The notes under the pieces: model-generated
The model's input: the letters and a program-made list of their open reading frames with translations, nothing else
What the model was told of the DNA's origin: nothing
The model's database searches: none
In this document: positions 11,565 to 22,943 of the stretch, piece after piece
Numbering within the stretch: the first letter of the stretch is position 1
Layout: each line of letters starts with the position of its first letter
Position numbers and translations under genes: made by a program
Assembly: GCA_000002445.1 (NCBI GenBank)
Contig: CP000070.1
Location: forward strand, 1,984,001-2,048,000
Length of the DNA: 64,000 nucleotides
Origin: Trypanosoma brucei
Taxonomy: Eukaryota
Direction: 5' to 3'

Positions 11565-12857
11565 TGCAATAACTTCAGTCTTAATTCCCTCTACCTCTTG
11601 CCACCGGATCCTCTAGAGAGGTATTTATTTTACCTGCACACCAAAATCCCGTAGAGCGCCTTCGGATCAACTGATCCAAACACTCAAACAAAAACACACG
11701 TATGTGCCTTATCCGACTTCGTGCTTCCTTTACGCAGCCGGCGGTTTATTGCCTTTGGATCCTCCGTGTGCAAATATATGCCGCCTTCCTCCCTTCAAAC
11801 TGCGCTCCTACAAAGTCAGCGGAACACGTTATGGTAATACAAACCACCCTCGTGCGTGTCCCCTTTCGGTTTGTGTTTTACAGTCTTTTGCAGCGTGAGC
11901 GGGGGAATGCACACAGTCCGCCAAACAAAAGAGACTCTTTTTCCCTCTCTCTCTCTCTCTCTTGCTTCGCGTGTGCCTCCCGCTTTCCCCTCCTCGTATG
12001 TTTTTCTTTTTTACCCTTCTTTTCGTGCGGGCTCTAGTTACAAAGCACATGTTACGTTGCGGAGAAAACAAAAAAAAACAACAAGAAAAGAAGAGATACC
12101 ATTGAATTGAATGAGGAGAGAAGTTTTCATTCAGCGGTAATAAGCACTACCGATGAAGCAGAGAAGGGCTAGGCCATCTTAGCTTCTGTATTCATAGGGT
12201 TCCGCTCCCTCCTTTCATCCGTCCATTCCTACGCGTTCGGGCTCACGCTCATATAAAAATAAATATATATATGTGTATATATTATACGGTGTACCCATTC
12301 GGAGGCTAAGCAAAATGTGTTATACGGATAAAGAAGAAAGGTGCTTGGGAGAGTTGAAGGGGGTGAAGTGCATCTCTGACGCCTTTTGTGCGTGAAGTCT
12401 CATAGACGAAGGAGGTTAAGAGGATTTTCCCCCCTTTCCCGCCACTCGTTCCGAGCCTCCACGCGGAAAGGGCGTCATAACGGGGATATGTTTGGTATGG
12501 GCAAGTTGGGTGCATGCAAACACACAGCGCGTTTTAGCATTACTGCCATTTTTGCGCACCTTCATCTTTTACTTCCTTCCTGCTTATTTCTCTCCCTTCT
12601 CCGACGATTTATTCTACGTGCGCTGTTCACTAGTTTAATGAACCCCACGCGGTAAGCTTCGTCGTTTGTGTGGAGGTTTGAGGGTGTTGTGTCATGCGGC
12701 GTCCACCCGCATGTACCGCGTGTGACACTTTCCTCCCTCTTTCATCTGTTCATTTTTTTTTTAAATTAAGTATTCGAATTTATTGTCTCTTACTACCTTC
12801 TTGTCAAAGTGGCGCCGATGTCTTTTAACATTGCCTGGCGCTGTGGCATGCTTTAGT

Positions 12858-12892
12858 TTGTGTGTGTGTGTGTGTATGTGTGTATGTGTATT
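12858..12892. repeat. (TG)n imperfect dinucleotide repeat
   Basis: Read directly: tgtgtgtgtgtgtgtgtatgtgtgtatgtgtat. A similar (GT)10 lies at 34742-34761 and a (CT)9 at 11945-11962. Confidence 0.85.
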
Positions 12893-13404
12893 TGTAGTGC
12901 CGTTTAGCACAGACAAGAGAGAGGGAACGGGGAGAATTTTTGGGAAGATTATAAGAAAAACTACAACCACTGCGATTGTAAAAGCAGAAACTGAAATAGA
13001 GTGCCCGAAAAGAAGGAGGTTAAGTTGGAGGTAATCAGACAGTACCAACGGCTCTCAATCACTTGTCGGACCGCTTCAGTAAAGTCATGTAAAGTGAGTT
13101 TTTTTTTTTTTCGCGGAAAATAGTTGAGGGGAAAAAATATAATAAAAAGACAAATAGACGAGGGTTCAAACACGTACGTTCGTTAAAAACTAATGAAGCG
13201 CCACGGGGAAGAAACATTTACATATCCATATATGTATTATTGGGGGTGACGCTTTCTTTCGGCGTCCCAACTTTCATTTTTTATCCCCACATCTTCTCGT
13301 ACCTCAATATTTCCACCGCGGCTGTGATTATGTGTGCACCAACTTTTCTCCATTTCATTCAATTTTTTTTTGCTTTTGATGTCGCTTCTGCTTTATCCTT
13401 TACT

Positions 13405-14307
13405 TTACTTTGCTGTTACCAATGCCGCTTTCGACACCACTGCCGGCTTCTTCAGCATGGCTAAAGCATCTTCTCCTATTTGTAGTTCAGCTGTACCGCT
13501 CGCGTTGTTTTCACCAGCACCCAAATTTTCTTCCTTTCCCTCACCGCCCTCTGGCAATGCAGCTGCCCGCTTCTTACGCTGTGCGGCGAGTACAGGAGTT
13601 GGAATATCCCAAGTTTCGGCTCCCATCACTCGCATTGTGTACAGGAACAGTGAGATGCTCAACACACCCAGCACCACACCAATGTAATTCGCATAGCGCC
13701 GTTCGTCACCGTAGAGCCAGTCGCGGTACATGCCGGACTCATCAAAAGTGCCCTCCCCTTGCGTCTCACGAAGGCGGTAGTCTTTTCCACCCGCCACATT
13801 AGTGATGAGATTTGCATTTTTCCAGCGCACGCTGTGATTTAATTTGTGGGCGGTTTTATAAACAGGGAGACTGTGAGCTACAGGAGGGCCTTTACGAGCC
13901 GAGCGTTCGCCAGCTTTGAGGTCTAATGGCCCCTCGCAAAGCTCCCGACGGAAGCCGCGTCTCTGCATGTGGAAGGCCACGGCATTGCTCCCATAAATAA
14001 CGTCACCGCAGCTTTTATTGGCGATGATACCGTAATGATGGTGATGAGAGAAACTACCGTAGCAGCAGTTACTGTGGCGAAGGATCGATGGGGCGCAACT
14101 TAACAACGGCACAATGGTGGCCACCCTTGAACTTCTCATGGAATTACACCGGGGACATTCCCTGCATTCACTACTTGTACATTTGATGCCACCATTACTG
14201 TTTGTTGTTTTTGTTGCTGACATGTGAATAAAAGTCGTGGCGCTATGTCGCGGAAATAACAAGCGGTGCGACCCTGCCGCTGCAGCACTCGACGCGTATC
14301 GATACAT
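13405..14307 (-). CDS. Hypothetical protein (up to 300 aa) with one predicted transmembrane helix (YIGVVLGVLSISLFLYTM); Cys/His-rich N-terminal half
   Basis: Only sizeable ORF in the 11.6-16.8 kb interval. Same strand as its neighbours. It has a hydrophobic 18-aa segment flanked by charged residues. Which of several N-terminal ATGs is the true start is uncertain. Confidence 0.5.
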   Translation of the reverse strand: MYRYASSAAAAGSHRLLFPRHSATTFIHMSATKTTNSNGGIKCTSSECRECPRCNSMRSSRVATIVPLLSCAPSILRHSNCCYGSFSHHHHYGIIANKSCGDVIYGSNAVAFHMQRRGFRRELCEGPLDLKAGERSARKGPPVAHSLPVYKTAHKLNHSVRWKNANLITNVAGGKDYRLRETQGEGTFDESGMYRDWLYGDERRYANYIGVVLGVLSISLFLYTMRVMGAETWDIPTPVLAAQRKKRAAALPEGGEGKEENLGAGENNASGTAELQIGEDALAMLKKPAVVSKAALVTAK

Positions 14308-14821
14308 GCGAACCCACTCTATTTCTCTTCCCGTCCCTTTCTCTTTTAATTGCTCGCACCTCGTGGTACTTCTTCCATTTGTAAGAGGAGACGGGAAGAG
14401 CAGGAAAAGTTAATGGTGGTAATAATAATGTGGGTGCTATAGGCGCTGCGCAAGTTTAGGAAAATGCAAATGCAGATACGCATAAAGGAGGGGTAAACGT
14501 ATGGAGACAAATGAACATATATATATATATATATAAAGATAGATATTTGCATATATTTGTTTTATGAGTGAGTGAGTGAAATAAATAAATTGGAGTCACT
14601 GCAAAAGCGCAAGAAGGACGAAAAGGAAACAGAAAACGAACAAACAAACACGAAGTCAACAAAAGTCACACATACCCATCCCACAGGTACAGTGAGGATG
14701 CACAATTAGCCACCCTTATGCGCACCTTGTGTACGCGAATGCGCTGAGGTTGCGCAAATACAACAATATAAATAGTCACGCTACATAATAGAGTGATGAA
14801 ATGAAAGGGAAAACAAACGTT

Positions 14822-14851
14822 CACACGCACACGCACACGCACACGCACACG
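14822..14851. repeat. (CACACG)5 hexanucleotide repeat
   Basis: Read directly: cacacgcacacgcacacgcacacgcacacg. Confidence 0.9.
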
Positions 14852-16829
14852 TTCACACTTAGACCACTTCTGTACATGCGAGTGAAATGGGGGAAGAGAA
14901 TTAAAAAGCAACGCCATAGTGGGGTAAAAAGCAACATCAACTTTGATAACGGTAACAAAAGCAGGGGGAGGGGAAAAAAAAAGAGAGGGTGCTGCACCGA
15001 TGTCTTTTTCCTCTCCGGCTGCACCTCCCATAGCGAACAACAAAACAAAGTGACGGGATGAAACTGAGAGTTAAAGCAAAAAAAAAAAAGACAACATGTG
15101 GTGGAAAGGATGAAGCAAACCAATGCAGCACAGGTGAATAAACCATACAATAATCCCCAAATACATTTCTTCTTTTTTTTCTTTGTTATTTAGTTCTGTT
15201 ACATCTTTAAAGCGGTGCCAACAACTAAAGGTGGAGAAGAGGGGAAGAGAGAAAGGTTCGCCACGGGAACACATAGCGACAAGGGGAATAAAGCATCGCA
15301 TCGTCACACAACTAAAATAACATTTTTTCTTTTTTATTTTTTAAAAAAAAAAAGAAACAAAAAAGAAGCGAAAAGGAAGACAAAAAAAAACAAAGCAAAC
15401 AGAAGGGACCGTGGGGAATAGGTTCATTTCCAGCACCTTGTTTCCATGGCATGGTGTCGCTGATATTTAGCCACCAAACAACGGGAAAGCAGCCAAAGCT
15501 CTGCGGAGTTGTACGCGTTTGTGTTTGTGTTTGAGTAAAGAGTTAGCGGAAATAAGATATTAACAAAGAAAAAAGGGGGTGTGGAAGAAAAAAAAAAACA
15601 AAAGAAATCTCAACGAAGTGTGAGACGATTTAAGCAAAAGTAACATGGAGTGAGTTCCCATTACTTTTTTTCTTTTTTACATTTTATTTTCCCCCTCCTC
15701 TCCAAATTGCACGTGCAGAAGCTGCAGTAGCGATAAGCAACACCAAACCCCATATCTAAAAAAGAAAAAAAAAGATTAACCGGGAGTGGGGGTGGACGTG
15801 TTTGCATTTGTGTTTGGAGCAAAGAACACAACATAACACAATAAAAATGCAAAAAAAAAACGCATTATTTTCCCTGGTCGCTTTCACGAGTGTGAAGTTA
15901 TGCGCTGCCGTTGGACCTCTGGAAGAGGGACACTTCAGAGGAAGGAAAGAAAAAAAAAAAAGACAAAAGAAAGAAAAGGTAAGAAAAAAAAGGAAATGGA
16001 AAACGCACACGCACACTTACACAAGCAGATATTTTCCTCTCTTCATTTGACGTAATAAATTCCGTCTTGAATTTCTTCCCTTTCTTCTGTTAAAACTTTG
16101 TTTCTCTTTACATACGAGCGGACTACTTTTTATTGATATTATCGTTAATGTTATTTACGTATCGGAGACGGTTTCAAACCCCACAACCGGACCTCATTTC
16201 AACTAATAGGATGATGATTTTCAAGAAAAACAAAAACAAAAACAAAAACAAAGATAAAGGGGAGGCACCATGCACGCTAATAACTAAACAAAATAAAGAC
16301 AAATAAATTCCACCCTCCCCCACTGAATTCTACCGCACGACGATCTAAAACGTTCTCTACATTCCTTTTTTTTTTTTACTTGGACGTACGCGGACGTGGT
16401 TTTTGGTGAGTCGGGGCCACATCGCGCCTCCCCACATGTCATCTCTTTCCTTCACTTCCTTTTTTTTCAAAAACAAAAACTCCTTTGATTTCTCCGTATT
16501 ACTGCTATCACTTCTGCTCAAACACATCCGCATATTGTTTTTCACTCATTTTTCTTTTTTTTTTCTGTGTTCGTTCATTCTATTTTCTTTCGTCTCTGCA
16601 CATACGTGCATCTGCACGCCTCTTCATTTCCATCATCACCTCCTCAGAGCAAAAACAACAAAAACAAACAGCAAAACAAAGCGAGCGGAAAAGGAATAAA
16701 AAAGAGGGGATCAAATAAAGTCAGTGTTACATCATGGTAATGTCCGTTAGTCAGAGATTATTTCAGTGGTCACCTCATTCCCCCCTTTCAGTTTTTTTTA
16801 TAAAAAAAAACCCTTTTGTGCATCTTTTA

Positions 16830-19800
16830 TCACCGACTAGACACTCCGCTTTTGCCAGCGCCTTCATGAGGAATTGCCTGCGGGAGCAGCCGCGGGTCGT
16901 CCGCAATAACCTCCACGGCAAACTTCCCAGCAGCAGCAGCAGGTGGCAGTGGCGACGGACAGTCCACATGAGACGTGCTGAGAGCCGCGTAGCCTCGGCT
17001 GGTTGAAAGCGCGTTTTTGTTGGATCTGTTGGATTGGACCCCGTGGCGGTGGCGATCTAACCCGTGTTCAGAAATGTGGCTTGATGTTCGTAAAAGCGGA
17101 AAATCATCGCACTGCGGGTAACTACTCGCCTTCAACATAACGGAACTGGGCTTTGTGTAGGGTGTGCGCGGATAGTTTAGCGATGACCGTTGCGTTTGTG
17201 ATGTGTCGTGTGACTGTTGTTGCACTGTTTCGGACCTCCTGCTGCTGGGCGAAGGAATGCGAACTACCACCTCGACGTCAGAACTCTTGCGGTTGGAGTC
17301 GTGAGTGGGCGAGTAATGCGTCACACTTCGGTTCTTGCTTGGCGAGGGAATTCGAACAACCACCTCAACATCCGAATTCCTGGTTGTGGATTTCTCCTTC
17401 CCTACCCGGGCCCACGATTGATATGAAACAAGCGCATCGGACTGTTGGAGTGCTGTCGGTGACAGCGTGGGACGCACGCCCTTGGCATCGGAATTCTTCG
17501 CGTTGGAGAGTAAACTCCCGGTTGTTCGCTCCTTATATATCGATTGCATAGCGGAATACGAGTATGCGTGTGACTCGCTTTGATGGGTGATGGCAGGGTT
17601 AGAGTTCCTCGTGCTGGAGGTATCACTGGTCACAAGATACTGGCGTTGTCTTTGGTGCCGTGTCGACTTGGGTGACGGGACACGAACAGTTACCTCAGCA
17701 TCCGAATGCACAGTACTGATCATATCACTGCCCGATCGCTGTTCTCGCCGCCGATCTTCTTTTTCATTTGCCGTCTCCGTATCGGAACGGTGCCTAACAG
17801 CCAACGATGGTGGAGTATAACGAGCAGGCTTGGAGTCCAGGCTTTTCGTACTTGAGAGCAGGTTCTCATTGGAGCGCTCTGGACGTTGCGCCGGGGTGGC
17901 TGACACCTGAGAGGTCAGTGACGCGGCTTGTGAAGGGAACCTGAGATCGGAATTTCTTCGACTGGTCGCCGTGAAGGCTTCATGTTGCGTTACGGACTGC
18001 TTCGCGTTTGATGGTGAGGAGAAAGCAGGTCCTGTGACTACATTTTCACTGTATGAAACCCGACTACACGAGTGCTGCCGTTGCTGCTGCTGTTGTTGTT
18101 GTTCAACCGAGAGCGACGGTGACACACGTTGGGAAAATAAAGGCTGGGAATTTCTGCCAACAGGGACCATGCTTTCAATCAAGCGGTCTTGGTGTGGTGA
18201 TTGCACCGCCTGCTGCTTTGCAGCTACCGACGAATCATCACGGGGAAACCCAAAGCTAGGGTTTCTGCTGCTGCGAGTTGCGTTCTCACTATACCGCTGC
18301 TGTTGTTGTTGCCTTTCTTGTACCGACCGCAATGAGCCCGGAGCCTGCGGAGTCCAACGCTCCCTCTCCAGTGCTGGGTCGCGACCGGATTCTATGGTTG
18401 CCCGTTCGGTGCTGGTGCTTTGGCTCTGAAGCCGTTGAAATTCTTGTTTGAGTAGATACAGCATATCGTTTTTGTTAGCATCTGGTGGCGCGACAGTGGG
18501 GTTGCTGAGCTCTGATATTTTCACGGTGGAAGTCAGACTTCCATGTTGTTGTTCTTGATGTTGTGACTGCTCAGTTGCGCGCCGCGCATTTAGCGCTTTG
18601 TCGTGACGCGGGACTCCAACGTCAGAATCCTCAACTTTGCGGAACGGGCCCACACACATTTGTTGCTCTTGTTGCCTGGCCGGGGCTTGAACCTCCAACT
18701 GGCTTCTGCTCATTCGTAGGGAAAGGGGGTTTAATTTCCCTTCCCCTTCCTCCCTATCCGCTTTGGTTGCGGAGTTCCCCCGCTTCTCCGCCGACGGCGG
18801 GGCCGTCATTGCCTGCTTTTCTTCAGTCTTTCCCACGGGTGTTTGGCTGGGGGAACACTTCCTTAACGATGCTTCGTGCACATCCAACGCTCGTGCTGCA
18901 ACAACATCTCGCAAAGTGCACTCTCGAGGCAACTCAATTGCGCGTGCTTGTTGGACTCTGACATCTCTTGCTACCCGTCTTTCAAACTCTTGGAATGCTG
19001 TCAGCGCACCGCGAGGCACCGCACTCTGCTCTAACACCGTGCTCTTCACGGTGACATTTTCATCTGGCGTCGTTAGTGTACGACCATTTCCACTGGTCTC
19101 TTTGGTACGATCTACAACATCAGCTGACGCAGAGCCAAACATACGCGTCTTTGACTTTGTGGACAAGCTCTCTTCAACGCGAAACGAATCAGCGTGACCA
19201 CGTGATCGTAGAGGCGAAATGCACGTACTCTTCCCGACGTGGGCTTCGTGCACTTCCCCTCTTTGGTCTCGATAAGAGGTGTTTTCTGTTTTTTGCTGCT
19301 CGCTGCTGTTCAGGTGCTCAGTGGAATTGAACTCGTCCTGCTCCGCGAACAGCACGGCGGCCGTCGAGGTCCCGCGAGCATACGTTCTACTAGGTTTCGC
19401 CGGAGGGGTTTCCATTGATGAATTTGTAGTGGCATTAAGCCTACTGCCGTTCCATCCACTGTAGCGGAGGTTAAAGCTGTTATTGCAACTGTTGCCATTG
19501 CGACACAAACTACCTCTTCTAGAGGGACCACCAACTGGTCCAGCAAATGCCCCACGATCGCTTGTCGTCGTCATATCAACATCGCTGTCGTGCCTGCAGC
19601 GTACTGAAGGCGAATTATCGCGTACCTCTCGTCGGGAAGGCGCCACCCGATGCGGACAGCACCCTCTCTCAAAGTCTGGTGTGGCCGGTCCCTCATAACT
19701 GGGGTTGAATGTTGGCGGTGGGTAACTTGGCTTGCCCCGCCGGTTTCCCTCAGCGGTCTGACCCTGTAACAACTTCAATTTCCGATGAAGGTGGTCATCT

Positions 19801-21620
19801 GTCACATCTTCCGGTGCATAGCAACCATGCGGGGCGGGGAGATCCGAAGTGTCTAACCCCGTGTTCTTCGGTGGGTCCGACTGCACGTACGGAGGGACAT
19901 ATTCAAAGGAAGCGGTTTTGTTTTCGCTTTTCTCGTCTGGTGGGGTACACGTGGGATTAAATCTGGAGCGTTCAGCCTCCTCTTCTGCCTTCAGTACTGC
20001 CCGTGAGGGTCGACGAAGCCTCATCCAAAGTGCCCGAAGGTCCTCAATGGCCGCCCGCTGAGCTTCGGCAACGGTCTGCGGGTTGGGACGAAGAAAGACA
20101 AACTGCTGTGCCTGACAAATGGGGCCCGCTAACATCTCTAGTGCTGTTATGGGATTCTGTGAGAGGGTGTCGCCATTCAATCGGGCCCTCCGTGGGGATC
20201 CCGGGGACTTCATCAACGAATGATTCATCGATACCGTGCCAGTTGCGCTACTCGAGCGTTCGGGGCTCTTCTGTTCAGTGACACATCCCAAAGGCTTTTT
20301 CCACCCCAAAGAAAGGGCTGCCGCCGATGCATGACCTTTTCTTCGACCCAAAATGGCCGTGTGGGAGTAGTTCCGTATGGACACCACCTCTGGGATCTGT
20401 TCAGGTGTGAGGATCGGGCACTGCGACTCGTGGCGCACAATACACGAGCAACTATGGCCAGCCTTTAATGTACTACATACATGCTCAGCGTGCTTCAACA
20501 CCTCCTGGTCATCCTCTTCATTGCTGCTAACGTCATCCTTCGGAGTTGCATAGCGGACAGAGGGTAATATCGTCAAGCGCCGTCCCTCGCTTATTTCGTC
20601 AATGCAGTATGTTACGTCAACACAGATCCTCATGGGCACCGTCAAAGCATACTCAATAACTTCATTGAAATCGTTGTGACTTTTTAGCCACGCACAACAC
20701 TTCGCCCACTGGGATGTTTCCCCCTCCTTCTCTACACCGTTAGAAGCGGATCCGGCATGATGTGCGGCTGCCTCTGCGACAGGGATAGTGTTGAGGAACA
20801 ATGGGTCCGATGCAACTTCAAGCAGCGGGTCCTCAAAGACACCCACCACCCGTGTGACGTAAGCGGGCCAATAAAGTGGCGACTGCGTCCCTGTCGGTGA
20901 AGGACTCCTCTCCTGCGGCCACACCTGTGCCTGACTACCGGTGTCACCTCTGCTGCCGCTGCCATTGTGAAATTGGTTGTGGCGATATCTCGTGCTTCCT
21001 TCAGGCCACACAGCGAGGACCTTCTGCATTCGGTCCCCAGCCTTACCCTGCGGTTGCAGCAATTCGCTCCGTGCGTACACAAGGCACCGCCGTTGGCTAT
21101 AATCCACTAATGCACAGCTGTTTACGTCCAGCTTCTCTGTCACAGTGTTGGCATAGCAGGATGCCGGAATTGTCCCGCGCGGCACAACCCATGTACGTGG
21201 ACAATCCACGCGACTCAGTGTGCGCACATTGAATGCTTCCACCACGCCGGGGAGTCCATAGTAAACGGTATTGTTGATAACTTTATCGGATACTGTTAAT
21301 CCACCACAAGTGTTGGCACGCTCACAGCTGCGGCTGCTAATGCCGTTGCTAACGCTGTCGCCACTGGCAAGAGTCACAGCAGTGGTGATTGTTGTGGTCC
21401 TCGTTGCGGTCATGGTAGTCGTCGTTGTTGTTGTTTTGATCGCACCATCGCTGTAAATCGCCTCGGATCCGTCGCTGCTCATGTAGTCGTCATCATCCAG
21501 CGCGCCAATGTAATACTTTTGGTGTTCATTGAGCAGCAACTGCAGCGCTTCCTCATCTGAGGGCCGCTCCATAACATCCCGCAGTGAGAGCGCACCTGAC
21601 TCCTGTGTCTTCTGATCCAT
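16830..21620 (-). CDS. Large Ser/Thr/Gln/Arg-rich hypothetical protein (1596 aa), predicted largely disordered, with internal tandem repeats of a SDVEVVVRIPSPS motif and poly-Gln tracts
   Basis: Uninterrupted 4.8-kb ORF on the polycistron strand. The motif NSDVEVVVRIPSPSKNRS..SSDVEVVVRIPSPSSRRS..SDAEVTVRVPSPKSTRHQ recurs. Poly-Q runs are encoded by (CTG/TTG)n on the displayed strand near 18060-18120 and 18290-18320. The N-terminal ~30 aa (MDQKTQESGALSLRDVMERPSDEEALQLLLNEHQKYY) look globular. Confidence 0.6.
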   Translation of the reverse strand: MDQKTQESGALSLRDVMERPSDEEALQLLLNEHQKYYIGALDDDDYMSSDGSEAIYSDGAIKTTTTTTTMTATRTTTITTAVTLASGDSVSNGISSRSCERANTCGGLTVSDKVINNTVYYGLPGVVEAFNVRTLSRVDCPRTWVVPRGTIPASCYANTVTEKLDVNSCALVDYSQRRCLVYARSELLQPQGKAGDRMQKVLAVWPEGSTRYRHNQFHNGSGSRGDTGSQAQVWPQERSPSPTGTQSPLYWPAYVTRVVGVFEDPLLEVASDPLFLNTIPVAEAAAHHAGSASNGVEKEGETSQWAKCCAWLKSHNDFNEVIEYALTVPMRICVDVTYCIDEISEGRRLTILPSVRYATPKDDVSSNEEDDQEVLKHAEHVCSTLKAGHSCSCIVRHESQCPILTPEQIPEVVSIRNYSHTAILGRRKGHASAAALSLGWKKPLGCVTEQKSPERSSSATGTVSMNHSLMKSPGSPRRARLNGDTLSQNPITALEMLAGPICQAQQFVFLRPNPQTVAEAQRAAIEDLRALWMRLRRPSRAVLKAEEEAERSRFNPTCTPPDEKSENKTASFEYVPPYVQSDPPKNTGLDTSDLPAPHGCYAPEDVTDDHLHRKLKLLQGQTAEGNRRGKPSYPPPTFNPSYEGPATPDFERGCCPHRVAPSRREVRDNSPSVRCRHDSDVDMTTTSDRGAFAGPVGGPSRRGSLCRNGNSCNNSFNLRYSGWNGSRLNATTNSSMETPPAKPSRTYARGTSTAAVLFAEQDEFNSTEHLNSSEQQKTENTSYRDQRGEVHEAHVGKSTCISPLRSRGHADSFRVEESLSTKSKTRMFGSASADVVDRTKETSGNGRTLTTPDENVTVKSTVLEQSAVPRGALTAFQEFERRVARDVRVQQARAIELPRECTLRDVVAARALDVHEASLRKCSPSQTPVGKTEEKQAMTAPPSAEKRGNSATKADREEGEGKLNPLSLRMSRSQLEVQAPARQQEQQMCVGPFRKVEDSDVGVPRHDKALNARRATEQSQHQEQQHGSLTSTVKISELSNPTVAPPDANKNDMLYLLKQEFQRLQSQSTSTERATIESGRDPALERERWTPQAPGSLRSVQERQQQQQRYSENATRSSRNPSFGFPRDDSSVAAKQQAVQSPHQDRLIESMVPVGRNSQPLFSQRVSPSLSVEQQQQQQQRQHSCSRVSYSENVVTGPAFSSPSNAKQSVTQHEAFTATSRRNSDLRFPSQAASLTSQVSATPAQRPERSNENLLSSTKSLDSKPARYTPPSLAVRHRSDTETANEKEDRRREQRSGSDMISTVHSDAEVTVRVPSPKSTRHQRQRQYLVTSDTSSTRNSNPAITHQSESHAYSYSAMQSIYKERTTGSLLSNAKNSDAKGVRPTLSPTALQQSDALVSYQSWARVGKEKSTTRNSDVEVVVRIPSPSKNRSVTHYSPTHDSNRKSSDVEVVVRIPSPSSRRSETVQQQSHDTSQTQRSSLNYPRTPYTKPSSVMLKASSYPQCDDFPLLRTSSHISEHGLDRHRHGVQSNRSNKNALSTSRGYAALSTSHVDCPSPLPPAAAAGKFAVEVIADDPRLLPQAIPHEGAGKSGVSSR
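17240..17720. repeat. Degenerate ~93-nt tandem repeat (3-4 copies) inside the 16830-21620 CDS, encoding SDVEVVVRIPSPS-type units
   Basis: Displayed-strand copies GGAATGCGAACTACCACCTCGACGTCAGAACTCTTGCGG (17255-17293), GGAATTCGAACAACCACCTCAACATCCGAATTCCTGG (17346-17382), CATCGGAATTCTTCGCGTTGGAG (17476-17498) and CGAACAGTTACCTCAGCATCCGAATGCACAG (17683-17713). The matching peptide repeats are 31 aa apart. Confidence 0.7.
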
Positions 21621-22478
21621 TTGCTGCAGCCTAAACAGTTACTGAATCTACTTCTCTAGTTATTTATGTATTTTCTGTTTTTCTTTCCTTCGCTTCGTCA
21701 GGCGACAATGTGGGCTTTTGTGCGGCCAAAGTCTGTCAACACAAATATATATATATATATATATTCTTCGCTTGCGCACGGCTGTGAGCGACCAATAGGG
21801 GGAAACAGAGGCAAGAAGACGACGGCAGCGGTAATGCTAAAAGAATAAAAATCAACCGCGGCTTCCTCGACAGACTGGCTAATGTACAATTAGGTGCCAA
21901 TAACCGCTGAGCAAAGTGGGAAAACGAAAAACAGATAGAAGAAAGGTAAAGAAAAGAAAACAAATTTCCAACTAGAGGTGTGACGTTTTATTCAAGCTGC
22001 ATATGTTTGTACAGTGTCGCAGGGGGTTGGGCATGAGGGAGCGCTGGCAAAGCGACAAAGCAGTAGACGCTCCGTTGGACGACCATCAATACAAGTACTA
22101 AGACGTGTATTTTTTTTTTTTAAAGACGAAGAACACACACGAAAAGGAGGGAGATGAATATCTGCCAGCGTATAAATATATCTCCATCCAACAACGATAC
22201 GTTTCAAATCACCGGCTCGGCTTTTATAGCTGCCCATCCGCTCACCTCATTGAAGTAAAAGGAGTTATGTACTGTGCACGGGGCCCTATAAAACTCACCT
22301 TCCTTCTGCTCCACTTACTGGTCCCCCACTCCATGCTGTTGCCCCTTTCAACGTTATGGGAAACATAACTAACAATTGAGTAAACTCCAGCACTAATTCT
22401 GCACACCAAATGCATTTGTGCGTCGTCGCTGCAACTTCCATCCTCCTTTTCTTTTCTTTTCATTTTCTTCCCACGCCA

Positions 22479-22943
22479 CTACAACAACTCCCGTGATGGC
22501 TGATGCGGCGGTACCGTGTCCCAACTCTCCGGATATCGCGGTCGCAGCCTACTGCCATACGTATCCGCGTAACTTTTCGTTGATACCGATGTTGCTTGTG
22601 GCATGGGGCCCGTCACTCCAATGAAGCGCAACCGATCCCTCAGCGCTTGCAACTGTTCTGGCGTCTTTACCCGCCGTGGTTGCCGCATGATGAGATCTAA
22701 ACTGTGAGATGAGTGCATCCCCCCTCTAATGTTGTTAGAATTGTGTATCGATTCCTGACGCCCAACGGCAGGTGGGAGGGCGTAAGATTTGATGGTATAA
22801 TATGGTCTACGCAATATTTCTTCATTCTCCTCGACAGCATCACGCTTCAGCCATTCCATTTTCCGCGCACGCACGGGTAGTGGGTGAAGCAGCTCCCGCC
22901 ATGCTGTTCGGTACCGTCTATGTGCGGTACAGTGCCGAAGCAT
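22479..22943 (-). CDS. Small hypothetical protein (~154 aa from the internal ATG; basic, Arg-rich)
   Basis: The track ORF 22479..23048 begins MYIYIYIL, which is a translation of the (TA)n run at 23028-23045 and not credible as protein. The first plausible start is the ATG at 22943..22941 (MLRHCTAHRRYRTAWRELL...). The protein is basic and could be a mitochondrial or ribosomal-type protein. No family is recognised. Confidence 0.45.
   Translation of the reverse strand: MLRHCTAHRRYRTAWRELLHPLPVRARKMEWLKRDAVEENEEILRRPYYTIKSYALPPAVGRQESIHNSNNIRGGMHSSHSLDLIMRQPRRVKTPEQLQALRDRLRFIGVTGPMPQATSVSTKSYADTYGSRLRPRYPESWDTVPPHQPSRELL

Noticed and set aside
16160-16195. tRNA-like T-loop motif GGTTTCAAACCCC
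   Set aside because: No flanking acceptor stem, D-arm or anticodon stem can be folded. The canonical GTTCGAATC or GTTCGAGTC T-loop consensus was not found anywhere in the window on either strand.
17340-17365. GGAATTCGAACAACC resembling the reverse complement of a tRNA T-arm
   Set aside because: It lies inside the coding tandem repeat of the 16830-21620 gene and recurs with the repeat. It is not a tRNA.
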